A DNA stretch of 64,000 bases, from NCBI GenBank assembly GCA_017499595.2, contig CM039004.1, positions 2,852,001-2,916,000 on the forward strand, given 5' to 3'. Position numbers and translations under genes: made by a program. This DNA comes from Psilocybe cubensis (lineage: Eukaryota). This document shows, in pieces, positions 12,056-24,216 of this stretch. Under the pieces are notes generated by a model. That model searched no databases. It worked only from the letters and a program-made list of their open reading frames with translations, and was not told where the DNA came from. Position 1 is the first letter of the stretch, and each line of letters begins with the position of its first letter.

Positions 12056-14397
12056 CTAAAACCAAAAATCATTACCTGGACTGATCGTGGCCCTCCCATA
12101 CTCTGGCACAATCTCGAGATTTGGTTCTGCCTTGAACTCGTATTTATCTGGACATAAATCGTTCCAAAATAATTTTGGTCAGCCTTAGGCTATACAAGTG
12201 CAACGGAAATTGGACACATACATAGGCGATGATCTCCAGCGTCCCATACATGGCCCCAGTAGTTCTCAACGTGAAAGGCTTTTATCGGCCAGCACCTCTC
12301 TTCAAAATCATCTTCAAAATCTGATTCTGTGCCTAGTGTTTCACAGCTGTCAGCAGTCGTGTTCTGCTGGCCATCCAAGGCTGATGGATTCCTCTTTGGC
12401 ATCCTTGCATATCGATAACCGTAGTGATCGCCATTGCGGTCAACGAATGTGCACTCCGTCGCCGCGTATAGTGTGTTGGTGCTGTGATCCCACGCCATGC
12501 TTTGCACGCTATTATTCCCCGTTGCCAGCTCATACAGGGCTTTTTGAGCACGCACGTCCCAAAGTGCGATCTTCTGAGCTCTGCCCTCGCCGACGAAAAT
12601 GACTGGTAACATAGGTGTCAGTGCAACTTCAGAGAACTGACAATAGCAGTACTTACAAGGAAGCCCATCTGGATGCACAAGAAGCGCAGAATTAAATGGC
12701 GCTCGGGATGAACCCTCTGCTGCAATAGTCAGTGCAGGGAGCGACCTCCTTGTATCGTACAATCGCGCATGTCCATCATCGGAACTGGTTAGGAACACAT
12801 TTGGGTCAGCAGCCGCGCTTGTGGAGAATCCCCTTACGGCACCGGCGTGTCCTAGGTACCTCATCACGGCTTTGCCGCCAACTTCGACGTCAAAAGCATG
12901 GCAATGGTATGTTTCTGAGGTCTGTACATCCGAACCGCACAGCATGATACTCGGACTGGACGGATGCTGGTGCCAAGTCTCGACTGACCAGCGCACGGCA
13001 TTCGCGCCTTCACCATCGCGCGTGTCAAGGTTCACATTCTGCGAGCGCTCGCTGCCTCTGGAGAGCTCTATTTCGTCCTCGTCGTCTCTCCAAGAATCCA
13101 TATCATCAAGATTTTCCTTTTTGCCGATGATTTTGGACCCGGATCGTCCGTGCGTCGGTTGCGCGTTCATGTTCCAAATAGCGACTGCACCATGCTCGCC
13201 GGCTCTGAGGACGCGTCCGTGGTTAGGTATCACAGCTATTGGGCCATAGAACGATTTTCCGCAGTTAAACGTGTGTACTGCGTGTAGGCGGGTGTCTCTG
13301 GTCCCGTTCTTGGTTTCTTTTTTACCTGCCTGCGGTGCTTTATAGCGGTAGGATTTGATTCTCTTTCCATCGGCTGCAAATATCAGCATACGGCTCTCGT
13401 CGAGTGCGAGGTCTGCTACACCCCCTGAAAGACCCAGTTTGAAGTCATTAGAGCGCATGAATTTGGACTTATCTGCCAATCGCGCGCTAGTGCTGGTTGT
13501 AGGAGGTACACTGTCCTTTGGGAAATAGTAGTGCAGGAATGGGGTGCGGTTCTTATAATCCCCCATAGCAGACAACGCGAGCAGATCGCCCCCGCTCGAG
13601 ATGCACAGTTTGATAGGATCATTGATATCCTCACACGAGACCTCGCACTGTGCTTGGACAAGAGCCGTCGCGTTCTCGTGATACGGTGTGCCGCTCCATT
13701 CGGGCACATTGTAGGTGGACTGGAATCGCGCGCATGGCGAGGAAAGGTCCATGGGGTGCGGTGTCGTTTCCCAGCCGTCGGGACGCTTGAATTGGCTTTT
13801 GACGAAGTCGATGCCTATGTTGTTGCCTGCCATCCGGCTTACCACCTTGGCGAACCCCAGCATTAACGGATACACTGTGTTGAGCGTGTCTTGCGCTTTT
13901 CAGGTTCACGGTAAATTAAGATTGACATCATACATTGAGCAAATATGAAAAAGAGGTCAATTGTTGATAATTGAAAAGCCTTTGTTCAACTCACGCAGTT
14001 CCGGAATAAGGCGAATCCCTGTCTGCGCATGTTTTATTTCCAACAGCGGCGCTGCACCCGGACCATCGTTGCAATGCGCAAACGATGGCATCCAGTCGCC
14101 ACCGTACAGTTTATCATCTTCGCCGAAACCATCATACGCGAAGTCTATACACCTATTGATCACCTCTTCCGCTTTCATGATCAAATCCGGGAGTTGAGTT
14201 GCAGGCATTGAGCTCGGGCTCGAGTACGCTGCCGTCTCCGCGGACCTTACGACGCCGGCCAGTCCAACGAGGATATTGTGGAATTTGGAAATGAACGCGT
14301 TGTCATAGGTAGCTGGGTCTCGTCCCTCGTTGATTATCGCGTCCAATTGGCGCTCATGGTCGGTAATGAGGCGCTCATAGCTCGTCAAGGAGGACAT
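12056..14397 (-). CDS. WD40-repeat protein of unknown function, copy A
   Basis: Four exons; YLGHAGAVRGF...VFLTSSDDGHARLYDTRR and IALWDVRAQK WD repeats; terminal exon ...EIVPEYGRATISPGNDFWF* reconstructed. Confidence 0.82.
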
Positions 14398-15191
14398 GGT
14401 TGTAGGTAGAGATAATTGAGATCAATCTCGCTGGAGTTGGGAAAGATAAAGGGAGTGCAAGGCAGGACGGACTATATAAATAAAATCGCAACAAAGGGAT
14501 CAAAGAATCAGCTTGAACCGAAGACACAAAGAGCGAAGACCAGGTCACGGTAAGGTTCTCGTCGCGGGGATTGGCCATGGACAGTAGTCATTCGTTTTCT
14601 TGGCCGGCATTTTTTCCCTTTGTTCTAGTCCACAGGAATATACGGGTGACTTTTGAATGGTAAATATGTGCCATCGCCAAATCTGTGTCAATGGGCATTA
14701 AAATTGAAAGGGAAATATTGCAAAGACGATAAAGCAATGTTCCCAGTACGTCCTCCGATTGCTAGGCTATGTTTTACCAGCAATTAAATAACATCCCACT
14801 CTGGTTGTAATAGTAGTATTCGTTGTCCGAGGTTGTCCGCGTGGTTCCTGCCATCGCTACAGTGCTCGCATCATTTCTTGAGATGGATTCTTGCACTTGA
14901 ATAATTATGAGTACTATTCGGTACTATTTCCTCACATTCCTCTTTACACTGAGTCGCATTTGTGGTCTCTCAGTCTCCTGTTGATATTCCATGGGCAACA
15001 GCTTGGACGGGCTCATCCGAATGGTGTATTTTATATTTGCACTCAACAAGAAATTATTAATTAGCACTATACAATTAGCACTATACCATCTGACAACGTT
15101 GAAGGGAATAACAGTCATCTGCTAAAACTAACTGGCATCATCCAATCTTGACCCTTACTTTGATTTGATTTCAAGATCTTTTTGCCAACTC

Positions 15192-17505
15192 TCACCAATA
15201 ATAATTATCAGAGTCGACTGTCGCTCTCCCATACTCGGGCACAATCTCGAGATTTGGTTCCTTCTTAAACTCGTATTTATCTGTTAATTATACCATTTCA
15301 GTCAGTCTCAGGCCTTACAATTGCGAAGGATAGCAGACACGTACACAGACGATGATCTCCCGCATCCCAAACATGGCCCCAGTAATTCTCACGGTGATAC
15401 GCATTCCTTGGCCAACACCTTTCATCATCCCAATCATCTTCTGAATCTGGTTCGTTGTCCGCTATTTCGTCGTCGTCAATATCCATATCCGATTGGTTCT
15501 CCTCAGATGGATATTTTTCTCTTGGGATCTTTGCCCGTCGATAGTCATGGTGATAGCCAATCCGGTCAACGTATGTGCACTCCGTCGCCGCGTACAGAGT
15601 GTTGGAGCTGTTATCCCAAGCCATGGTTCGTACGTTGTTATTGCCCGTCGCCAGTTCGTACAGAGCTTTCTGCGCACGCACATCCCATAGTACAATCTTC
15701 TGATATTTTGCCTCTCCAACAAAGATGACTGGAAAAATATTTGTCAGCGCTTAAGTTTGGGGATGACAGCCGCTGGTGGCAATTCTTACAGGGAAGACCA
15801 TCTGGATACACAAGAAGCGCAGAGTTCATTGGAGCTTCAGAAGCGTCCTCTGCTGCGATCGTCAGCACAGGGAGGGACCGCCTTGTGTCGTACAAACGCG
15901 AATGTCCGTCATCGCAACTGGTCAGGAATACATTTGGGTCAGCTGCCGGACTTGTGGAAAATCCCCTCACGAGGCCTGCGTGTCCTAGGTACCTCGCCAC
16001 TGCTTTACCACCGGCTTCAATGTCGAATGCGTGGCAATGGTATACTTCGGAGGTCCCTACATCTGATCCGCACAGCATGACATTTGTACTGGATGGATGA
16101 CGATGCCAATACTCGACCGACCAATGTACAGCACGCGCGCCTTCGCCATCGCACGTGTCGAGGTTGACTGTCTGCGAATGTTCACTCCCTCCTGAAAGCT
16201 CGATTTCTTCGGGGTCATCCCTCCAAGAATCCATGTCTTCATAATCATATTTTTCCCCGACGATTTCGGACCCGGATCGTCCATGCGTAGGTTGAGCGTC
16301 TATGTCCCAGATGGCGACAGTACCGTGTTGACCGGCTCTGAGAACGCGTCCACGGTCTGAAAACACAGATAGCGGTCCTTCGAACGAACCACTGCAGTCA
16401 AATGTGTGTACCGCTCTGAAGCCAGCGTCCCTGGCCCCATTCCTGGTTTTCTTTTCAACCTTCTGTGTTTTGTCATATCGGTAAGATTTGATTCTCATCT
16501 GATCCGCAGCGAAGATCAACTGTCGGCTCTCATCGAGTGCAAGGTCTGCTACAACACCTGAAAGACCGAGTTTACGATCTTTAGAGCGCATAGATCCTAA
16601 GTTGTCCTCCCAACGCGTACTACTGCCAGTCGCACGAGGTGCTGCGTCCTTCGGGTAATAACAGTGCAGAAACGGGGTGCGGTTCTTATAACCCCCCATA
16701 GCAGACAACGCGAGTAAATCTCCTCCGCTCGAAATGCACAATTTGACAGGATCATTGATATCATCGCACGAGACTTCGCATTGGGCTTTGACGAGAGCTG
16801 CCACGTTCTCGTGTTCCGGAGTGCCACTACACTCAGACAAAATGAAGTCGGATTGGAATCTTGCACAGGGAGAGGAAAGCACTGAGGGATGCGGCGTCGT
16901 TTCCCATCCCTCGGGGGGCTTGAATTGGCTTTTGAAAGAGTCAATGTCAGGTGAGTCATCCCCTCTTCGTCGATTTTGGCCCTTGACGAATTTCATCATT
17001 AAGAAGCTCAATGACTCCAACATGTCTGGCGCTTTACACGGTAAAAAAAAAAACAACAAGTCAATTCCTACCAGAAAAACTTTTATCCCTTTGACTCACG
17101 CAGGTGAAGGCCAGTGTCATTTGCTTTCTTGATCTCCAACAATGGCGTTGCGTTTGGACCATCGTTACAATGCGCAAAGGAAGGCATCCATCCATCGAGG
17201 TACATTCTACTTTCATCGTCGCCTTCATATGCAAAAGATATACCTTTATTCATCACATCATCTACTTTTGCAATCAATCCTGGGAGTTCCGAAGCCAACT
17301 TCGAGTTGGGGTTTGAGTCCGCGTCCGTCTCAGCGGCTCTTACCACCCCGGCTAGACCGACTAGGATACTTTGGAATTTGGACTTGAATTCTTCATCGTA
17401 GTCATCGTCCGGAGATCGGTTTTCATCAATGTGAGATAGCTCGTCAAGCTGTCGCGCGTAATCGGCTATAAGATTTTCATAGCTCAAAAGTGAACTTGAG
17501 GCCAT
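15192..17505 (-). CDS. WD40-repeat protein of unknown function, copy B (tandem paralog of 12056-14397)
   Basis: Same exon layout and co-linear sequence (WMPSFAHCNDGP, CARFQS, GGDLLALSAMG, YLGHAG, ELATGNN, ENYWGHVWDAGDHRL); terminal exon ...EIVPEYGRATVDSDNYYW*. Confidence 0.82.
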
Positions 17506-18134
17506 TGTTGTGGTTTAAAGCAACAATAACGACGGCAAAATTTATCGTGTTCTGTAAAATTGACGTTAGGGGTCAGGAAGGCGACGCTGGGGTACCGTGT
17601 GAATCATGAAAATCTCAGAAGAACCTGGTATTTAACATCGTAGTCCCTACATAGACCCTGATATATTGTGCCAACCCTCACCAACTCAGCTAATAAATCT
17701 GGTTGGATGAATGCCCCTAAAGCTTTCCAAATCCGGAGTCTTGTCTAAACCTATGTACAGATTTTAAATAGGCTGATTCAATCACATTTTATCATGCTCT
17801 GAGGGATGATTGGAGGACAAATTCTGCATTAACCATGGGGGTAAATTTGAGGGTTAACATCTTCGCTGGATCTAAACGACAATGCTAACGTACGTAACAA
17901 TATGGCCGCGGTCAGTGTTACTGTTAGTGACTTGTCTAAGAACCAATGTTTACGAAAGGAATCCAATACATTTAATACCAATTCGCACATATGTAATACA
18001 GGTTACAACAAAGTCACTCTCTTGTCCAATCTTGAAAACCCAAAGATAAAGAAAAAAATACATTTACCAGTCCAAGTTCATAAAAAAGTCCTGTCCGGTC
18101 CATCAAATTTTCGTTACTGGAATCAAAATACACA

Positions 18135-21100
18135 TCATTTTGGGGAGGCAGTCACAGGGCTCGGAAAAGGCGTCCACGGAACACTCATGCTCTTTGATCC
18201 ATCCGATATCACCTCCGACTCGTCGTTGCTCAACTCACTTCCCAAATACTCGCTCCCGATTGCCGACATAGACGCCATGGGCGAGAGCTCACGATGCTGA
18301 CCCATTCGCGTGTCGCCATCGGTATCTGCAAGTGCATTCTTTGCAGCGTTTAGATTGAAATCAGAAAAGTGTCTGAAGCTGCGCTCGGCTGCGGCGAAAG
18401 ACGATGCAGTGGTGGCTAGAGTCGTGTTTGTCCTGACAGACCGCGATCGCGGGCCGCTTATTCCGGACATAGGAGTTCCGGGTATAGGTGGCAACGTAGA
18501 AGGAGGTGGAATGGCGAGCGATGCAGTTTTGGTTCTTCTCCGTGCACTTGCGCTGGCATGAGCAGGGTCTGCGTCTTCCAGATCCCCATTAGGGGCGGAA
18601 ACTGGCGGAGGGTCTGATTTGTTGAGGTCTTTAGAGAAGTTCGGCTTTGAAGCGACATCGACGCGATGGACTTGTGTAGATGGCGAAGTTTGTGACGAAG
18701 TGGCAGTCTGGGGGCCGAATTCCAGGAAACCATTTACTTTTCCTTTATCGTGTTGATTGGCATGGTAGGACTTCTCCAAATTATCCGTGGGCTGATGTTT
18801 CGAAGGAGATTGCACGGGCTGGTTATAATTCTGCTGAGCAGGGATTGTGTTTGCCACTTTGACGTCAGGTTTCGGCATTGAATTTAGAAATCCTTCAGGG
18901 TCGTGATTGCGACGTTCATCGAGACCATACGTCGTGGACTGCAGACCCGGCGATACCGGTGCTGCTGATAGACTGGGACGCCAAGTTTTGTACTCGTTCA
19001 ACGCCCGACTCTTTTCTTGATCCATTTCCCTGACCCACACCCCTACCCTCTTTCTCCAGTTTTTATCCATCTTATCGCCATATCTCCGGAATGTGTACAT
19101 CGCTGAAAGCATATAAACGACGCCCAACCCCAAAAGTACGCTTATGGCTACCCGTACGCCAAGGAGGGCAGCATGCGATATGCCATGGGTGCTCAAGCTA
19201 CCGGGTGCTTGCGAACTGGTTCGCCAGACAAAAGTCATAACGGATGTGATGTATAAGATGACGGACCTACAAAAAATAAAATTCAAAATCGTCAGGTTAA
19301 ATGAAAAGTGGATGTCAGGGCGTACCAGGACAGCCAGACAACGGGCATTGCCAACATGACCCATGCATTCCACCAGATAAACACCTTGGTCTTCTTTGCT
19401 TCCTACAGGACAAGTGGTTTGTTAGGGCACGCATATATTTGAAAATAAAAAGAGTAGAAGGGAAGGAATGATTTCACAGATAGAATAAAACGCACCAAGG
19501 CCCATTCAGCAGCTTTCCAGATCTTGCGCATTGCCCCAAAATGAAGGACGAATACACATCCAAATGCCAGACTCATCAATGCACAGATCAACGAACAAAG
19601 AGCCGTGTATCGAACCACAGGGTCGGCTGTGGCGCTAGTACTCTCGATTTGTATCGTAGTCAATATTACACTAGTGGCGCACAATGTAAGCGTATTATTT
19701 CAAACGAAGAAGCATTCACGGAAAAGAAAAAAGAAAGAAGACGACCAAACTTACAATAGCAGCACAACAGCAATAACGTTGAACATCTTCCATTCGGATA
19801 CAACATCTTCCACAAATCCCTCCCACGCTAATTTCAACCTCCTGTATTTCGATGGTACAGCTTTCTCAGGTTCCTGTGCACCCATTGCTTGAAGTCTACC
19901 GTCATCAAATCCATACCCTCTATCCAGCGCCATCATTTCAAGTACCATCTTCTTGATTTCCGGAAGAGACATATCAGCCTCCTCAAAAATCCTTGCAACC
20001 CTCGAAAAGTAAAACGAAGGAACGCGGAGGAGGAAAAGTAGATAGATTTGGGCCGGTAGAACTTTCAATACGAAATTGCTGATACTCCGAATATGTCCAG
20101 GCTTCCTAGAAGGGTTGGAGGATATAGAAGGAGTGGAAGGCGGGTGTATGTAGGGTGCCGAGAAGGAATATCGTCCTCCTGATTCCTTGGACCGAGAACT
20201 GAAAGGCAATGTCAGATACCCTGACAACTTTGCCCATAAAGATTTGTTGGGTTTTTCCGTGTCCGCGTTGGCGTTTAGACCATAAGAAAAGGATTGTGGT
20301 AGTGAATGAGTTGAAGGCAATGGAGGCTTCCAAGGGTATGGTGCATAGTTTTCTAGAGATCCTTCGTGTGGTTTATGGCCCATGTCAGAACTGCGACGAT
20401 TGGGAGCAAGACGCTTTTGTTGTTCTGGAATCTGTCCTTCTGGCAGTAGTTTTTCTTTCGCATTTTTATTATCATCAATCGTAACGAAAGCATGGCTATC
20501 AGAGGAAGAGTGTCGGGCATGTTCACGGGGTTGTACTGCATCCTGTTTTGTGGTTATCGAAGCCATCACGTTTGTGACCAAAGGGCCTAGTGGTTCAGGT
20601 ACTCCCACAGGCTTCGAGTAAGGCCTGATTGAGGATTGTTGTCGTTGTTGCTCGGGACTGGGGATGTCATCAAAAGTTGATAGATCTTTTTCATATTTGT
20701 TGTATAATTGCGGGTGAAAAGGGTCGATGGCAACAAAAGCTTCTGGGCGTATCCCACGAGGAGAGATTATTTGGTACCCCTGCTGATGCGTTGGGGGGTA
20801 CACATTATCCGCTGTGTGCTGGGTCATTCCTTCATGTGCGATCTGTGTTGAAAATGGTTGTGTCAGCGCAATTTGTGGTACTGAGCTTGCGAATGCCGTT
20901 TCAATGCGAGGTGCAGGTGCAGAAATTGCTCTGTATGCATCCTGGGACGACTGAGCGTATGGATTAGCAGGTTGAGGCTGCGGAAATGCGATACGATCCA
21001 TTGCAGGTGCTGAGGAAGATCGCTTACGACCCAGCGCTCGCTTTGGCAGCATAGAATCTCCACTTTCTGGTTGTCCCAACATTTGCTCTGGTTGAACACT

Positions 21101-21490
21101 CCGACGAACAGGAACAAGTGGAATGCGGTTATCTAAGCGGATTGGCGATAATGGTGATGCTGCTGGCTGGGAGGTGAGGTAAGAGAGTGCAGATGCCGAT
21201 GAAGCTGATGGATGGTACGACAGCGGAGGTTGGTCTCTCCTCCTACTAGCTGGGGCATTCTCAGCCTGCTTTCCCGTAGTCGATGCGTCGACTCCCCAAT
21301 CACTCAGGAACGATGAAGTTGGACGAGAAAGAACTTGATTTCTGTGACTGGTAAGAATTTCTTCGGCAGGTACCCATTTTCCAGAAGAGTCGACGACGGC
21401 GCTGTATCGGTGCATGTCTACTGCATGCAGGGAAGCTGCAAGACGATGTCGTGAGGTATCGTGGCCAGATTCAACCTCACCGCTGATCAA
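18135..21490 (-). CDS. Multi-pass membrane protein with long disordered N- and C-termini, paralog 1 (start uncertain)
   Basis: Core LLRVPSFYFSRVARIFEEAD...WEGFVEDVVSEWKMFNVIAVVLL followed by about 4 hydrophobic helices across 4 exons; homologous to 37548-42130. The 5' boundary is the ORF-track TTG, not a confirmed ATG. Confidence 0.75.
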
Positions 21491-22025
21491 TCACTTCGCG
21501 AAGGAAATGAAGAAGATGGTCGCTGGCAAATTGCTCTCATGAGAGATATTTATGGCCCTCATTGCCCAATGTCAACTGGAAAACTGCTTAGAAGGGTTAA
21601 TCAGGGTTCACCCTGTCAAACGGAAACCCCATGGCCAGGGCAAGACTTGACCGAGTTCGGATCAGCCAGCGTAATTTAGAATGCCCATAGCAGAACACTA
21701 CTCACATTAAAAGCCCATGTACACAATGTTTTCTAAGGTTGAAATGGGGGCTAATCTTCATTCCGCGCAGGGTTGGATGTCGCCCACGAGGTGACGAGGA
21801 CGAAGGATCAAACCACTGTTGCCGGCGGCGTCGACGTTGGTCGGCGGTGATATTCGTTCGGAGTTTAATAAGCGGAGCATCGGCATCGGCAATTCGCGCT
21901 CCCCTTTTCATGACAGGTTCTCAGGCTCACTCTTTGTCATTGAATCCTTCAAATATCATGGGCAATTATACCATTATACAACCTATTTTTCCTAGCTCAA
22001 CTCTTTAGCAATCGGTATCTGCTCT

Positions 22026-23375
22026 ATGTTTGACTCCGATAGGAATCCAATAAGGCATATTGAGACTGTCCATGAGAGCTCCAAAGAGCCTGACATTAGG
22101 CCATGCGACCAGCAACCACCTCTTTATCAAATCGACTTGTCTCAACCACCGAGGATGAGGTACTCCCTGATATGCGCTGACTACGTGCACGAAATCCGAG
22201 ACATGGTAGAGGTTTACAAGGGCGTTATGGCCAGGACTCCCGCGCCCCGTATCGTCCATTTCCTTGCTAGGATGCTGCTCCGAAAAGTCTTTACAAAGGA
22301 AGAGACGGAAGAGATCAGTGGGATTGCAAGAAACACTGGGATTCCTCTGCACATTGTTGTTGCGTATAACACATTTTTAGACTTGTTCTCTGGGTGCATA
22401 AGTGGTGGTGCCCGTGTGGCTGCATGCGCTGGCAAGTCCAAGGTCATCCACTTCCGTAACTTAGACTGGGATATGGAGCCACTGCGCGATATGATCATCC
22501 GCGTCGAGTATATGATAGGTGGGCGCGTCGTTGCACGGTGAGCTATCTGTGGTTCCGCCAATTCGACTTCAGGAACAATATATCTGAAATAAACTGTTCA
22601 CAAATCAAGCGCGGTAACATACGCAGGCTACATCGGCGTTCTAACTGGGGTCAGGTACTGTATACGCGATAACACAGGCGTTACCTTCAAACCCAATTTG
22701 ACTTAATTGACGGATATATTCAGGAAAGGGTTATCAATGTCTCTTAATTATCGCGATAGAACCCAATCCCAATCCTCGACGATATCAAATAGAATTCACC
22801 AGCTCTTCATTCTCTTAGGAAAACGTCCCTCTATCTCTGCCAGGTTGCGCCAAATTCTTCTTTCTCCAGGTCCACCTCCAACTCTCGCTGATCTTTCTTA
22901 CAAATTCAAGCACACGACAGCCTCTCCGTGCTATCTCACATTCTGCACGCCGTATTCTGCTCTCGTTATCGAAAAGGACCTTAACTCAGCTTTAACACAC
23001 ACTTCAGACACATTTCTCGCTGTCACCAATCACGACGTTGCATTTGAGTCTACAAACGATCAGGATGCAGAAGCATTGAAGCGACCCAGCAGGATTGTGA
23101 GGGGGTCATCTGGATCCATGAGTTTATTAAATGAAAGCATCGAACGGAAGGACACCATGTACAGTCTCTGGCGTGATCGCAAACAACCCTCCAGACCTAC
23201 AAAGGTGCAAAGGGCCCTTGTCAATGACGTCAAAACGTGGCTGCGAACGTATCCGATACGAAATGAATGTACCCATTTTTGCTGCATCATGGATCCGTCG
23301 GCAGAGGGCGGCGGGCTGGTCTGGGTGGAATCTTGCGAGGTATCTACTGGACCTAATAATAGCTTTCAGAATTGA
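22026..23375 (+). CDS. Acid ceramidase / N-acylethanolamine amidase-like Ntn hydrolase
   Basis: YQIDLSQPPRMRY; EEISGIA; YNTFLDLFSG-CISGG (autocleavage Cys nucleophile); HFRNLDW; TYAGYIGVLTGVRKGLSMSLN; VTNHD; two introns. Confidence 0.85.
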
Positions 23376-24216
23376 ATGCAATGTACCAACGACGTACTGT
23401 ACTGCAAGATGTTACATGTTATTTAAGAACACTATTATGTCTGGTGTTACTCCCCAGTTTTCCCGACTGCTAACCCTGCCGCTAGTAAATTGTACGTACC
23501 TTAAATGACACCCCTGGAGTAACCTTCCGGATAACGGGCGCCCAAAAGAGAAAATATTTGATTGAGGTAATTTGCTGAATTGAGTTGTAAAAAAAGGTTG
23601 ACGCAGATTGGATAGGGCGCTTCGGTCGTCGGGGAGCTGGAATTGCGGACCGTGTCCAAACACACATGGAAACAGCCAAGTGAGTATTTTTTTTCATACA
23701 AACGCGCCCTAAAAACTTCCAAACGCGTCGCGTACGTACATCAAGCTGCGCGGGTTCAAGCCAACACCTCGATGGGGTTTTTTACTCATCAAGTATCGAA
23801 ATGATCATTACGGAGCAGATACTTATCGAGAGCCCAGACCCAGTACTCAAGGTTCATCGTCAAATGAACAAGCATATAAAAAATAAATTGATACTAATAA
23901 TGATACTGATATACACGATCCATGTTACATTTAAGTTTAGTGTGAATTGCAAGGAATAAACAGAATAGCAGACAAAGAAAGAAGAGAAAGATGCGCGGAA
24001 GAACAGAAAGAGCTGATAAGTACCAAACAAATGATGCTTTAACCGAAACAATTTAGTAATAAGCTAAGAAAGGGACCAAGGGCTGATATCGAGATGAGAC
24101 GAAAAGGGAAGGGTCAAGGAAAACACGGTTAAGGAACGAATCTAAATGGTTTTGAGTAAAGGAAGGTGGTTATCTATTGAAATATTTGCAGAAACTTGGA
24201 GTAAGAAATCCACGGT

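Noticed and set aside
23491-23740. MITE bounded by GTACGTAC
   Set aside because: The match is only a short palindrome; no extended TIR or target-site duplication.
23740-23782. tRNA suggested by GGTTCAAGCC
   Set aside because: No T-stem, acceptor stem or cloverleaf; kept only as a B-box-like motif.
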